Below are positions 10,489 through 18,961 of a DNA stretch of 64,000 bases, piece after piece. Source of the stretch: a virus; the IMG/VR virus record IMGVR_UViG_3300044922_000409, positions 1 through 64,000 of that record. One strand, given 5' to 3'. Position 1 is the stretch's first letter, and every line of letters starts with the position of its first letter. The notes beneath the pieces are model-generated. The model was given only the letters and a program-made list of their open reading frames with translations, was not told where the DNA came from and did no database searches. Position numbers and translations under genes: made by a program.

Positions 10489-11379
10489 TTAGAAAAGCAT
10501 ACTAAGCAATAATGCTCTATTTTTAGCTACTAGTTCATCATTGACTGTGCTGTTTATAAAATATAATCCGCTATTACCTGCACCAATTGTAGCTGATGCA
10601 TAAATTTTTGTTTTGTTTGCAGTTGCGCTAGGTGCAGTTTTATTATCAAGTGTAAGTATTGCGTCAACTTCTAATTCTGATCCAGATAATGGAGTAACTG
10701 TATTAACATTAAAACCAGTCGATGTAAATGTTGCAACCGATGTACTACTTATCGACGCGGTAATAATCGATGACCCTGCTAGCATTTTAGCAGTAGTAGT
10801 ATGTAAATTATCAACATCAGCCATACCTGAAGTTGCAGCTACGTAACTAGTAATGTATTTACGATTTGGAATAGTGTTATCTGATCCAGCAACTACATTG
10901 GCGGCATACTGTGTTGCATCCATATTAGATATGGAAATTAATCCTGAAGTGGAATTTTGTAAGTCAACAGTTAAATTAACTAATGTACCAGTAATTGAAC
11001 TACAAGTTAACTTGCCAACCGACATGTTTGCTAGTGCTATGCTAAGTCCGTTATTACTAATAGTACGACAAATAAAGTTGCCATCGGCACCGGAGGGCGA
11101 GTCATCAAATACTATCTGGGCATCGTCGTATGTACCACGGTTAACATTTATGCCCGATACATAATTCAATGTTGAACTAATACCATTACCGATATTACCA
11201 TAATTTAATTGAATTAAATTATCAGTAATGTTTAAATTGGTTGAATTTACAGTAGTTGCAGTACCTTGCAGTACAAGAGCACCCGATACCGTAACCGTAT
11301 CAGCATTTAATAAAATTTGGCCAGTTGGTTTAACCTGTATTATGTAATCGCCAGTACTAACTTTTAATATTTTTGACAT
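10489..11379 (-). CDS. Virion fibre-like structural protein
   Basis: 296 aa with a GTATTVNSTNLNITDNLIQLN motif and hydrophobic C-terminus KNRALLLSMLF. AAGGA ribosome-binding site. Confidence 0.7.
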   Translation of the reverse strand: MSKILKVSTGDYIIQVKPTGQILLNADTVTVSGALVLQGTATTVNSTNLNITDNLIQLNYGNIGNGISSTLNYVSGINVNRGTYDDAQIVFDDSPSGADGNFICRTISNNGLSIALANMSVGKLTCSSITGTLVNLTVDLQNSTSGLISISNMDATQYAANVVAGSDNTIPNRKYITSYVAATSGMADVDNLHTTTAKMLAGSSIITASISSTSVATFTSTGFNVNTVTPLSGSELEVDAILTLDNKTAPSATANKTKIYASATIGAGNSGLYFINSTVNDELVAKNRALLLSMLF

Positions 11380-11390
11380 ATATTATCCTT

Positions 11391-11415
11391 AAAAGGGAGG
11401 GCTAATTAGCCCTCC
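11391..11415 (-). terminator. Intrinsic terminator after 11427-12374
   Basis: Inverted repeat GGAGGGCTA/TAGCCCTCC followed by CTTTT on the minus strand. Confidence 0.75.
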
Positions 11416-11426
11416 ATTATGTAATA

Positions 11427-12374
11427 TTAACCGTTATCGATTTTCACAGTTGAATTTATAGTAGGCGTACCAAATGTCCATTGCACTGCTTGCGGAAATC
11501 CGTTAACTAACGGAAATTGTGTACCAGTGTTAGGAACTATTATAACTTTATGAGCAGTTAATTTAGTAACCCAGTATGTACCACCTACACTGTCAGTAGC
11601 GTTAATAGTCATATCACCAACTTGTGTAGCAATACTAGATTTTAATGTTGCAACAATAGGAGTTCCGCTTGTATCGGATGTGTTAATTTTATAACGATTT
11701 TTTGCAACTTGTTTAACAATATCAGCTTGTTTAACACCTGAACCGGTATATGCTTGGGCAATAATTGCAGGTTCTGGATTATCACCTGTTCCAACTGCAT
11801 TAGTATTTGCAACAGGTGTTGTCATTACAACAGTACCAACCACTACACCACCTGCATTGTTAGCAAGAGTTGTAGTCGGAACAGTAGTTGTATAACCAGA
11901 TCCAGTGTCTGTAATTAACACTTCTTTAGCACGGTATGTAAGTGTTAACACTACTCCTGCACCACTGCCACCAGTAGTAGTTGTTGATGTTAATGCTTGG
12001 AAACTACCACGAGATGCTCCAGTGCCTGTAAAGTTTACAGATGCTACTGCACTACCTGATAATGTAGCAACATACGCAGTTGCGGTGCCGCCCGAAGTTG
12101 TTATAGTAAGTAAATCACCAATCACATATGTACCGGTTTGTGTACCACTTACTGCAGCAGTCCACGCTTCAGATGTAATTGTTGCAGCAGGTACTACACC
12201 ACCTAACAAATTAGGTGTACCTGAAAACGAAATTGTTGGGCGTGAAGTATATGAACCAGCAGTTGTTACTGGTACGCTAGCTACGCCTTTACCGCCGATA
12301 CCATCATCAGCAGTTGTGCTTGTTGAACCGGTGTTACGGTTACCAAAATATTTTTTATTTAATGGACGTCCCAT
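11427..12374 (-). CDS. Abundant-type virion structural protein (MGRPLNKKYFG N-terminus), possibly head decoration or appendage
   Basis: 315 aa, with its own late promoter (12455-12462), strong AAGGAG site and own terminator. Motifs ITDTGSGYT and IVKQVAKNRYKI. Confidence 0.65.
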   Translation of the reverse strand: MGRPLNKKYFGNRNTGSTSTTADDGIGGKGVASVPVTTAGSYTSRPTISFSGTPNLLGGVVPAATITSEAWTAAVSGTQTGTYVIGDLLTITTSGGTATAYVATLSGSAVASVNFTGTGASRGSFQALTSTTTTGGSGAGVVLTLTYRAKEVLITDTGSGYTTTVPTTTLANNAGGVVVGTVVMTTPVANTNAVGTGDNPEPAIIAQAYTGSGVKQADIVKQVAKNRYKINTSDTSGTPIVATLKSSIATQVGDMTINATDSVGGTYWVTKLTAHKVIIVPNTGTQFPLVNGFPQAVQWTFGTPTINSTVKIDNG

Positions 12375-12382
12375 TTGATTTC

Positions 12383-12440
12383 TCCTTTGACGTTTTATGT
12401 CATACGCAGCGGGTCACTGCATAAGGCCACAGTCGCGGCA
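12383..12440 (-). promoter_or_regulatory. Structured 5' leader with three tandem hairpins abutting the Shine-Dalgarno sequence
   Basis: Minus strand reads GCCGC-GACT-GTGGC, TATGCAG-TGACCCG-CTGCGTA, TGAC-ATAAAAC-GTCA, then AAGGAG. GC-rich relative to its flanks. Confidence 0.6.
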
Positions 12441-12454
12441 CTTATTTGACAAAG

Positions 12455-12462
12455 TATTTATC
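12455..12462 (-). promoter_or_regulatory. T4-type late promoter (GATAAATA)
   Basis: Matches the gp55-type -10 element. The same (N)ATAAATA occurs before minus-strand genes at 13041, 17197, 23132, 25160, 26269 and 27209, and before plus-strand genes at 23115, 32051, 37508, 54063 and 57587. Confidence 0.7.
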
Positions 12463-13036
12463 CATAGGTAATACGTATACCGATTTGTTTCACATATACC
12501 AAATCTCGATGAGGATAAACTTGATTGCTTCTAAAACTAAACACTATGCCAAACGACGGATCTGCTACATCTGCACTTGTTAATGTGTCTGCGCCCCACA
12601 TAAAGTCAGCTGCACCATAAATATTATAATTACCAATTATTGGTAACAACGGACTATTGTCGCCTGTATACATATTACTTTGTACAGGATCAACCGGACT
12701 GGCCTGATTATCACCTATTAATTCGTTGTTTAATATAAGTTGGATTAGTAAATCTTCAACTCTAGCTAATCGATTCATATCTAATAAAAATTCTATACCT
12801 AGTACCGGTAAATTAGGATCCGGTATATTAAGATTAGTGCACCATAACTCATTAGTATTACTGAGATATTTTTCCATCCATAATCCGCTAATGGTATACA
12901 GTGGATATTTAGTAACAGCTGGAGTATCTGCAGATATCATTGCAATGTCGTTCCATTCGATAGAATGTTCTTGTGCAACACTGTTAAATGTAGTAACTTG
13001 ATTAATTGTTGTAGGATTATAGAATTGAGTAGTCAT
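12458..13036 (-). CDS. Hypothetical virion protein
   Basis: 192-aa ORF directly after the capsid terminator, with GATAAATA at 13041-13048 just upstream. Confidence 0.7.
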   Translation of the reverse strand: MTTQFYNPTTINQVTTFNSVAQEHSIEWNDIAMISADTPAVTKYPLYTISGLWMEKYLSNTNELWCTNLNIPDPNLPVLGIEFLLDMNRLARVEDLLIQLILNNELIGDNQASPVDPVQSNMYTGDNSPLLPIIGNYNIYGAADFMWGADTLTSADVADPSFGIVFSFRSNQVYPHRDLVYVKQIGIRITYG

Positions 13037-13050
13037 GATGTATTTATCAT

Positions 13051-13075
13051 AAAAAAGGGCTCCTAAGAGCCCTTT
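13051..13075 (-). terminator. Intrinsic terminator after the major capsid gene
   Basis: Perfect inverted repeat AAAGGGCTC/GAGCCCTTT with a 4-nt loop, running into a T-tract on the minus strand. Confidence 0.9.
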
Positions 13076-13099
13076 ATATAAAATAAAGTTAAGTTTAAA

Positions 13100-14266
13100 T
13101 TAACTAAATCTAACGTTGCTGTTATTAATACCAACACGACCTAAATAATCAGCTGCATTACCTAAAGATGATGCAGTGTTAGAAAGTTCAACATAACCAT
13201 AACGTGTCATAAATGATACAACTGGTTCAAATGTTGATGGATCTAAAACAACGCCTGAAGACATCAAAGGAATGTAAGGGCAATAAAATGCAGGTGCATC
13301 TGATTCTGAACCACCTTTGTAGCCAATCAAAATTGATGTGCTGTCTTGTGCATAGCTGTTTACATAAACTTTTAATGAATTGTTTAAAGTACCTACAAAT
13401 TTTGTATTTGTTGGAGCTTCAAAAGTACCTTCAGTTGTACGAGCAAATGCTGAAGTTGTAGCTGATTGCAAAATTGTTAATGCAAATGGTGATACAACAG
13501 CATAGTTGCCAGCGCCACGACGTGTACGTTGTGCAATCAAGTTAGAAACACGATTAATTTGAACAGCTAATGCAGCATGTTCGTCACCTACGAATGTAGC
13601 TGTACCTGATACTGCAGCTTGATCATATGATAAAACATCTGAACCGGCTAATGTTAATAATGATTGGATAATTTCTTGATCAATCTCAGCAGTAATTTCT
13701 TGAGCCAAAGCAGCCATAATTTCTGCTTCAACGTCAATACCTTGTTGTGATTGTGCATCTTGTGCAGATTCAAATGTCCAACGAGCACTCAATTTACGAG
13801 TTTTCGCTTCAACAGTTTGTTTCAAGATTTGGATGCTCATTCTTTTTCCAGCTTGGCCTTCTAAAGTTGCTGTAGATGCAGCTTTAGCAGTAGCAGAATC
13901 ATTACCTGAATAAGCTTCTGCAATTTTGAATGGGCTCAATGCTTCTTCGCCTGCTAATACATTAGTACCGTTGTCTGCGTAACGTACACGCAAAGTATGG
14001 ATTTGACCAACAGGGCCAGTCATTGGTTGTACGCCAACTAATTCGTTAGCAATAACGGTTGGCATAACACGACGGATTACTGGTAAAATCACGCGGTTTA
14101 AAGTTGCAACGTTGCCAGCAGAGGTAGCACCAGCTGTTGGACTTTCAATCAAATACCGACGGGTATTTTCAAGGGTTACGCCCATTACTGATTTTTTTGT
14201 ACCTGACAAGCCTTCTAAAAGTGCTTGTTTAGTTTCTGCCCAACGGCCATTAAGTAGTTCTGACAT
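13100..14266 (-). CDS. gp23: Major capsid protein, T4 gp23-like
   Basis: Motifs LPVIRRVMPTVIANELVGVQPMTGPVGQI, VEAKTRKLSARWTFE, EITAEIDQEI, FYCPYIPL and FEPVVSFMTRYG. Confidence 0.97.
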   Translation of the reverse strand: MSELLNGRWAETKQALLEGLSGTKKSVMGVTLENTRRYLIESPTAGATSAGNVATLNRVILPVIRRVMPTVIANELVGVQPMTGPVGQIHTLRVRYADNGTNVLAGEEALSPFKIAEAYSGNDSATAKAASTATLEGQAGKRMSIQILKQTVEAKTRKLSARWTFESAQDAQSQQGIDVEAEIMAALAQEITAEIDQEIIQSLLTLAGSDVLSYDQAAVSGTATFVGDEHAALAVQINRVSNLIAQRTRRGAGNYAVVSPFALTILQSATTSAFARTTEGTFEAPTNTKFVGTLNNSLKVYVNSYAQDSTSILIGYKGGSESDAPAFYCPYIPLMSSGVVLDPSTFEPVVSFMTRYGYVELSNTASSLGNAADYLGRVGINNSNVRFS

Positions 14267-14283
14267 TTAAATTCTCCTAAATC

Positions 14284-15372
14284 TTATAGTCCAGCGAGGC
14301 GGCGGATATCGATAATGTTCGATTCATCTTCGCTGCTACGGGTGGTGTTGGAAATTTTATTTCCGGTTATTTCTTTAGCTTCAACAAGAGCCTGTCTTTT
14401 TTGTGGTGCTTTACCAGAAATTACAGCTGGTAAATATTTTTCAAAACTTTCATTAAGTTTTGAAGTTTTAACACTCGTCATCAATTCACCCATGATTGCA
14501 CGTTGCTCTGCATTAAGCGGAGATAACAATTCGTTCATGACTGCTTTTCTTTCTTGCGATTCTTTTAACATCGCAATTTCTGCTTGTTTGCTTTCTAATA
14601 TTCTTTCAGCTTTGATAACTGCGTGAGCAGCTTCATTGATGGCTAAATCTTTCATGTCTATGACTTTGAGCAATTTTGCAGTTTCTGACTTATCATTCAA
14701 GTAACTTGCTTGGTATTCAGAAGCAAATGCTTCAAATAATTTACGTCCAAAATCTGTGCGACGAGCTGATTCAATGTCTTCTTTAAGTGAAGTAATTTCA
14801 GACTGCAAAGTTTGTCCTACTACACTTTCGACCATTGTTGCTGCGCGTTGTACAAATTGTTGTTTTACTCGTTTAATTTCTTGACGACCTTCACGAACTA
14901 GACGAACTTTTGATTCGGCTAAATCCTGTTTGTCTTTATAAAACTCTGTAATTTCTTGAGCAAGAGCTTCTACTACGAAATGTTCCAATGTGCTAAATTT
15001 GTTAGCCATTGCCATTTGATCTTCATGCAACTCTTTAACTTCCGACGCTAATTGATGTGATACGAATTTATTCACAACTTTTGCACTTTCGGTCATTTTT
15101 CTAGCAAATTTAATTTTCATTTCTGCTAAATGTTTGCGATCATCAACAAATTCGCCAAGTTCACTAGCAAGTTGTTCAGAAATCATACGATCTACTGCTT
15201 CAACCATTGTGTTCTTGTCATGCTCGTATTTCTGAGCAAATTCTTCTCGTAGTTGTTGAGAAACTAATTCACGGTTTTCGACGATACGTCTTTCCCATGC
15301 GTTCTCAATTGACTCTTTGATCTCTTCCGAAACCACATTGTTTTCAAATAAAGTTTTTAATGCATCCAACAT
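14284..15372 (-). CDS. gp22: Prohead core scaffolding protein, T4 gp22-like
   Basis: 362-aa coiled-coil, E/K-rich protein with FGRKLFEAF, lying between the protease and capsid genes. Confidence 0.85.
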   Translation of the reverse strand: MLDALKTLFENNVVSEEIKESIENAWERRIVENRELVSQQLREEFAQKYEHDKNTMVEAVDRMISEQLASELGEFVDDRKHLAEMKIKFARKMTESAKVVNKFVSHQLASEVKELHEDQMAMANKFSTLEHFVVEALAQEITEFYKDKQDLAESKVRLVREGRQEIKRVKQQFVQRAATMVESVVGQTLQSEITSLKEDIESARRTDFGRKLFEAFASEYQASYLNDKSETAKLLKVIDMKDLAINEAAHAVIKAERILESKQAEIAMLKESQERKAVMNELLSPLNAEQRAIMGELMTSVKTSKLNESFEKYLPAVISGKAPQKRQALVEAKEITGNKISNTTRSSEDESNIIDIRRLAGL

Positions 15373-15386
15373 GTGATTCTCCTTTA

Positions 15387-16013
15387 CTATTGGAGTCCGT
15401 TTATTATATTTAATAAACTTTCTTTGAGGTATTTTTGCGCTTTTGGATCTCCTCTAACTTCTTCCGCTATGCGAAAGGAATTAAGACCACCTTTTGAATT
15501 CATCAGGTGTTCATAAATCGGTGTAGGGTAAGCTCCAGGCGCACTAGGTTGAGCTACCATATCGACTGTGATAATCTCAAAATCCGATACTTCACCATTA
15601 CCGCTATCGCTAACGTTGCCGGATCCGCGTGAACTAACTCCAAGCTTCACACCACTTTCTAACATAGTGCGAATAAGATGTCCCATTGGTGTAGGTAATA
15701 TTTTAAGTTTACCATAACCATTAGGACCTTCCATCCACATGTTAGTTATCATGTGTGACACTCGGTCTAAGTTTATTTTTAGATCATCTGGGTGATCTAC
15801 TTCTCCGAGAACCGAATAACCATTTTGAATCTGATCATTAAGGGTTTTAACCGCTTTACTGATCTCGCTCACAGGATATACACGTTGATTTGCATTACGG
15901 ATGCCACCTTGTATACAAATACCACTCATATACAAGTTCTTTCCTTCTTTCTCATCAGATTCAACGATCATTTGCGCTTCAGTGAAGCTAAGGTTTTCTC
16001 GGAGATGTAACAT
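15387..16013 (-). CDS. gp21: Prohead core protease, T4 gp21-like
   Basis: Motifs NANQRVYP, LGEVDHP (His), LGVSSRGSG (Ser) and DMVAQPSAPGAYP. Confidence 0.95.
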   Translation of the reverse strand: MLHLRENLSFTEAQMIVESDEKEGKNLYMSGICIQGGIRNANQRVYPVSEISKAVKTLNDQIQNGYSVLGEVDHPDDLKINLDRVSHMITNMWMEGPNGYGKLKILPTPMGHLIRTMLESGVKLGVSSRGSGNVSDSGNGEVSDFEIITVDMVAQPSAPGAYPTPIYEHLMNSKGGLNSFRIAEEVRGDPKAQKYLKESLLNIINGLQ

Positions 16014-16016
16014 AAT

Positions 16017-16847
16017 TTATTTTCTGCCTGGAATTAAACTTTTTGTGTTTGCAGCTTTTTCACTAGTGCCTTTTCTTTCAGTACCGTGACCTGCAGCTAC
16101 TTTTTGTAACTTAGGAGCTTTTGCGTTGCCGGGAACGTTTTGGTTTCCGCCATCCATTTTAGTTGTTGTAGGTTTTAACAAACCTTTTCCAGTGCCTTCG
16201 CCAGTTGCAGTGCCACCAAATTTAGGAGCTACACCGCCCATGTCGTTGTATTTGGCTTTATTAAACAAACTTGTGTTGTTATCGCCGTCATGACCGTGTT
16301 TTGGTAATGCAACTTTGTTTACATATTCAAACATGCTTTGGAATTCGTTTTCTTCTTTGCCAAACATAGGTGCTGCCGATTCTTCTTCGTCACCAAACAT
16401 GTTATCTTCTTCTTCGTCACTTCCAAACATGTCAGCATGTTCTGGTTCATCTTCTTCACCGGCTAACAATTGTTCAAATTCTGATTTTAATTCGTCTAAT
16501 GCATCTTCTAAATCCATTACGCGATCTTCAATATCGCCATCTTCTTCGTCACCGAACGAATCATCATCACCTCCGAACATGTCGTCGTCTTCTTCGTCGC
16601 CTTCTTCACTGTCGTCTGAATCATCTTCGTCGCTAGCAGAATCATCATCACCGAAGTCATCTTCATCTTCATCATCGCCAAATGTTGGTTCGTCTTCGTC
16701 ATCAGATTCAAATTCTTCTGCTAACAATTGTTCGTAAATTTCACGAGATTTTGCTACTACGATATTGTGAAAAATATCTTTTGCTGATTCATGATCTTCA
16801 TTGATCAACGCCTCAAGCATGGCTTCAAATTTGGTACGGTCAGTCAT
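16017..16847 (-). CDS. Highly acidic prohead-core protein in the gp67/68 position
   Basis: 276 aa with a long D/E tract and EDRVMDLEDALDELKSEFEQL, between portal and protease. AGGAG site and GTAAATA at 16890-16896. Confidence 0.7.
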   Translation of the reverse strand: MTDRTKFEAMLEALINEDHESAKDIFHNIVVAKSREIYEQLLAEEFESDDEDEPTFGDDEDEDDFGDDDSASDEDDSDDSEEGDEEDDDMFGGDDDSFGDEEDGDIEDRVMDLEDALDELKSEFEQLLAGEEDEPEHADMFGSDEEEDNMFGDEEESAAPMFGKEENEFQSMFEYVNKVALPKHGHDGDNNTSLFNKAKYNDMGGVAPKFGGTATGEGTGKGLLKPTTTKMDGGNQNVPGNAKAPKLQKVAAGHGTERKGTSEKAANTKSLIPGRK

Positions 16848-16951
16848 GTTAATCTCCTGTGATAATTATTTTTATACAAGGCTGTCTTATATTTACACTA
16901 CTTATAACAATTAGTGTAATATTAGGGGCAAAATGGTGTTTTTTGAATATT

Positions 16952-17191
16952 TTATACTGCCGGGGCAACCGGAGTTGAATACATTGTGTGAACAAATGAT
17001 AATTCAACTTCTTGTTCTAAAATATGAGCTTCACTGCTCTTACGTAGTTCATTTATTTGCCTAAGTGACAATCGTGTTTTACGAGAGTCTGATCGATGCA
17101 TTACCGATTTGTCATTTTCGGAATTATATCGCATATCATTTGCAACATGTCTTGTATTAGGGTCTATGTAAAAAAGTTCTCTGAGTATCAT
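16952..17191 (-). CDS. Small head-module hypothetical protein
   Basis: 79 aa (MILRELF...DSRKTRLSLRQINELRK). Its late promoter GATAAATA (17197-17204) overlaps the portal stop codon. Confidence 0.7.
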   Translation of the reverse strand: MILRELFYIDPNTRHVANDMRYNSENDKSVMHRSDSRKTRLSLRQINELRKSSEAHILEQEVELSFVHTMYSTPVAPAV

Positions 17192-17199
17192 GAATATAT

Positions 17200-18939
17200 T
17201 TATCCCATTGGCGATGCAGCACCTGGCATCGGTGCTGCAGGCATACCGCCAGCGCCCATTCCCATATCTGCTCCCATTCCCATATCTGCAGGAACTGACA
17301 TATTGCCTGCAGCTCCCATATCACCTTCAATGCCTGCTGCAGATAATCCGGCACTACGAAGTTCTCCAGCAGAATCAGTATGAGTAGGTTGTCCTTTTCC
17401 TTGCTCTTCACCCCACAATCTTTCGTTTTCAGCAACCTCATCGTCATTTAAACCTAAGAATCGTTTAAGTGCAAATCGTTTACTCATATACGGAACTGCT
17501 TGTATAGTATTAAATGTGTTAATTCTTTCAGAATCTAGCCCTGCTTGACGCGCACTGGCGAAGTTCATCGGCGGATTAAATGCTAATTCAAATAAGTTAG
17601 CATCAATGTTAAGTCCTCTTGAGAACATATACATTTTAAATTCATTTGTAAACACTTCTGTGATTAAACTTTGAAGCCGTTCACAATATTTGTTAAACCG
17701 CAACTCCTGAATATATGCTGTTCCTACACGACCGTCATTAAAACTTGCTTGAGAATCGTCAGCACCAGTCGGTAAGTAACTGCTAGGAATACGTAAACCA
17801 CGGAATAACTTGTTTGTAAAGAATTTTAAATCGTCAATTTCACCTAAATTAGTTCCGCCAGGTAATGTATCAACTTTAGAACCGCGTCCTTCAGAAGTCT
17901 GTGGAAAGAAATAGTCCTCATTTATCGATAATGGGTTGTATGCGCTATCAATTACGTTCTGTCCTCCACCACTTTGACTAGGAATTCTACGCTGATGTAT
18001 CTCATTTTTAACTCTTTCTACAAATGCCATAGCTAAATGGCTAGGCATATTACCCACGTCGATATGGAATACACGTCTTTCTGGTGCTCTTTGAATTCGA
18101 TAAATTAATATAGCGTCTTCTAACAGTTCTTTTTGTTTATATACTTTAAAAATATGTTCCAATAAGCTATTACCAAATGGAAAATTGTTATCTAACCCTT
18201 CTGATAATGAAAGATGAACTACATGTTCAGCGTTAATTGCGTATTCTGTTTCAGCTAATCCGAATCTACTGCCGGAACTAGAACTAGGATATGGGCCAGA
18301 TGCACCTTTTTGAGCACCCGGTGCACCCATATAACCAGCACCGGATGTCATTCCGCCACCGGATTGTCTAGGATTAATGTTAGGAGTAATTTGCGTAGCA
18401 ATAAGATTTTCAAAATTCGGTGCTAAATCTTTAACAACATATTGTTCAGGTTTCTTGCCATTGCTCTCATTTACCATGATTTTAATAATTTTACTAGAAT
18501 CAACCCAGTGCCATTTTTGAGTTTCGGGGTCTCTAATAAAGAATGCATCACCATATTTGAAAACGTTTCGCACTATTCGAAAAATCTTAGTATCAAATTG
18601 CTGTAGTTTATTCCATTGCTGTAAATATTCACCTAAAATGCGCACTTCAGAATTAGTAGCTTTACTATTCCATCTAACTGTAAATGGACTTTTACCATCT
18701 TTTAATTTTTGTGTGCAAAACTCAGCTAAAATATCTAATGCTGCATTAATTTCAGGATCACTATCCATAACTTCATATTGTTGATATCGTTCAATACGAT
18801 TCGGACTACCTGTATATACATCAGGTAAGTAACTTGAGTAGTTTGTTCTAGCAGGTCCTGCTTTTGAATTCTGATCAAAACTTGAAGGCTTTGATTCATA
18901 ATCATTTTCAATAGGTGAAAAGTGTTTTCGCCATGACAT
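17200..18939 (-). CDS. gp20: Portal protein, T4 gp20-like
   Basis: Motifs LLEDAILIYRIQRAPERRVFHIDVGNMP, EDYFFPQTSEGRGSKVDTLPGGTNLGEIDDLKFF and LRIPSSYL. Confidence 0.97.
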   Translation of the reverse strand: MSWRKHFSPIENDYESKPSSFDQNSKAGPARTNYSSYLPDVYTGSPNRIERYQQYEVMDSDPEINAALDILAEFCTQKLKDGKSPFTVRWNSKATNSEVRILGEYLQQWNKLQQFDTKIFRIVRNVFKYGDAFFIRDPETQKWHWVDSSKIIKIMVNESNGKKPEQYVVKDLAPNFENLIATQITPNINPRQSGGGMTSGAGYMGAPGAQKGASGPYPSSSSGSRFGLAETEYAINAEHVVHLSLSEGLDNNFPFGNSLLEHIFKVYKQKELLEDAILIYRIQRAPERRVFHIDVGNMPSHLAMAFVERVKNEIHQRRIPSQSGGGQNVIDSAYNPLSINEDYFFPQTSEGRGSKVDTLPGGTNLGEIDDLKFFTNKLFRGLRIPSSYLPTGADDSQASFNDGRVGTAYIQELRFNKYCERLQSLITEVFTNEFKMYMFSRGLNIDANLFELAFNPPMNFASARQAGLDSERINTFNTIQAVPYMSKRFALKRFLGLNDDEVAENERLWGEEQGKGQPTHTDSAGELRSAGLSAAGIEGDMGAAGNMSVPADMGMGADMGMGAGGMPAAPMPGAASPMG

Positions 18940-18961
18940 ATTTTAAATTCCTTTATTATTG

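Noticed and set aside
2911-12378. Many plus-strand ORFs rich in V/P/A/L opposite the fibre genes
   Set aside because: Antisense shadows of Thr/Gly/Ser-rich codons; no ribosome-binding sites or promoters, and fully nested in real genes.
16315-16737. Ser-rich plus-strand ORF and overlapping small ORFs
   Set aside because: Antisense or alternate frames of the D/E-rich core protein gene.
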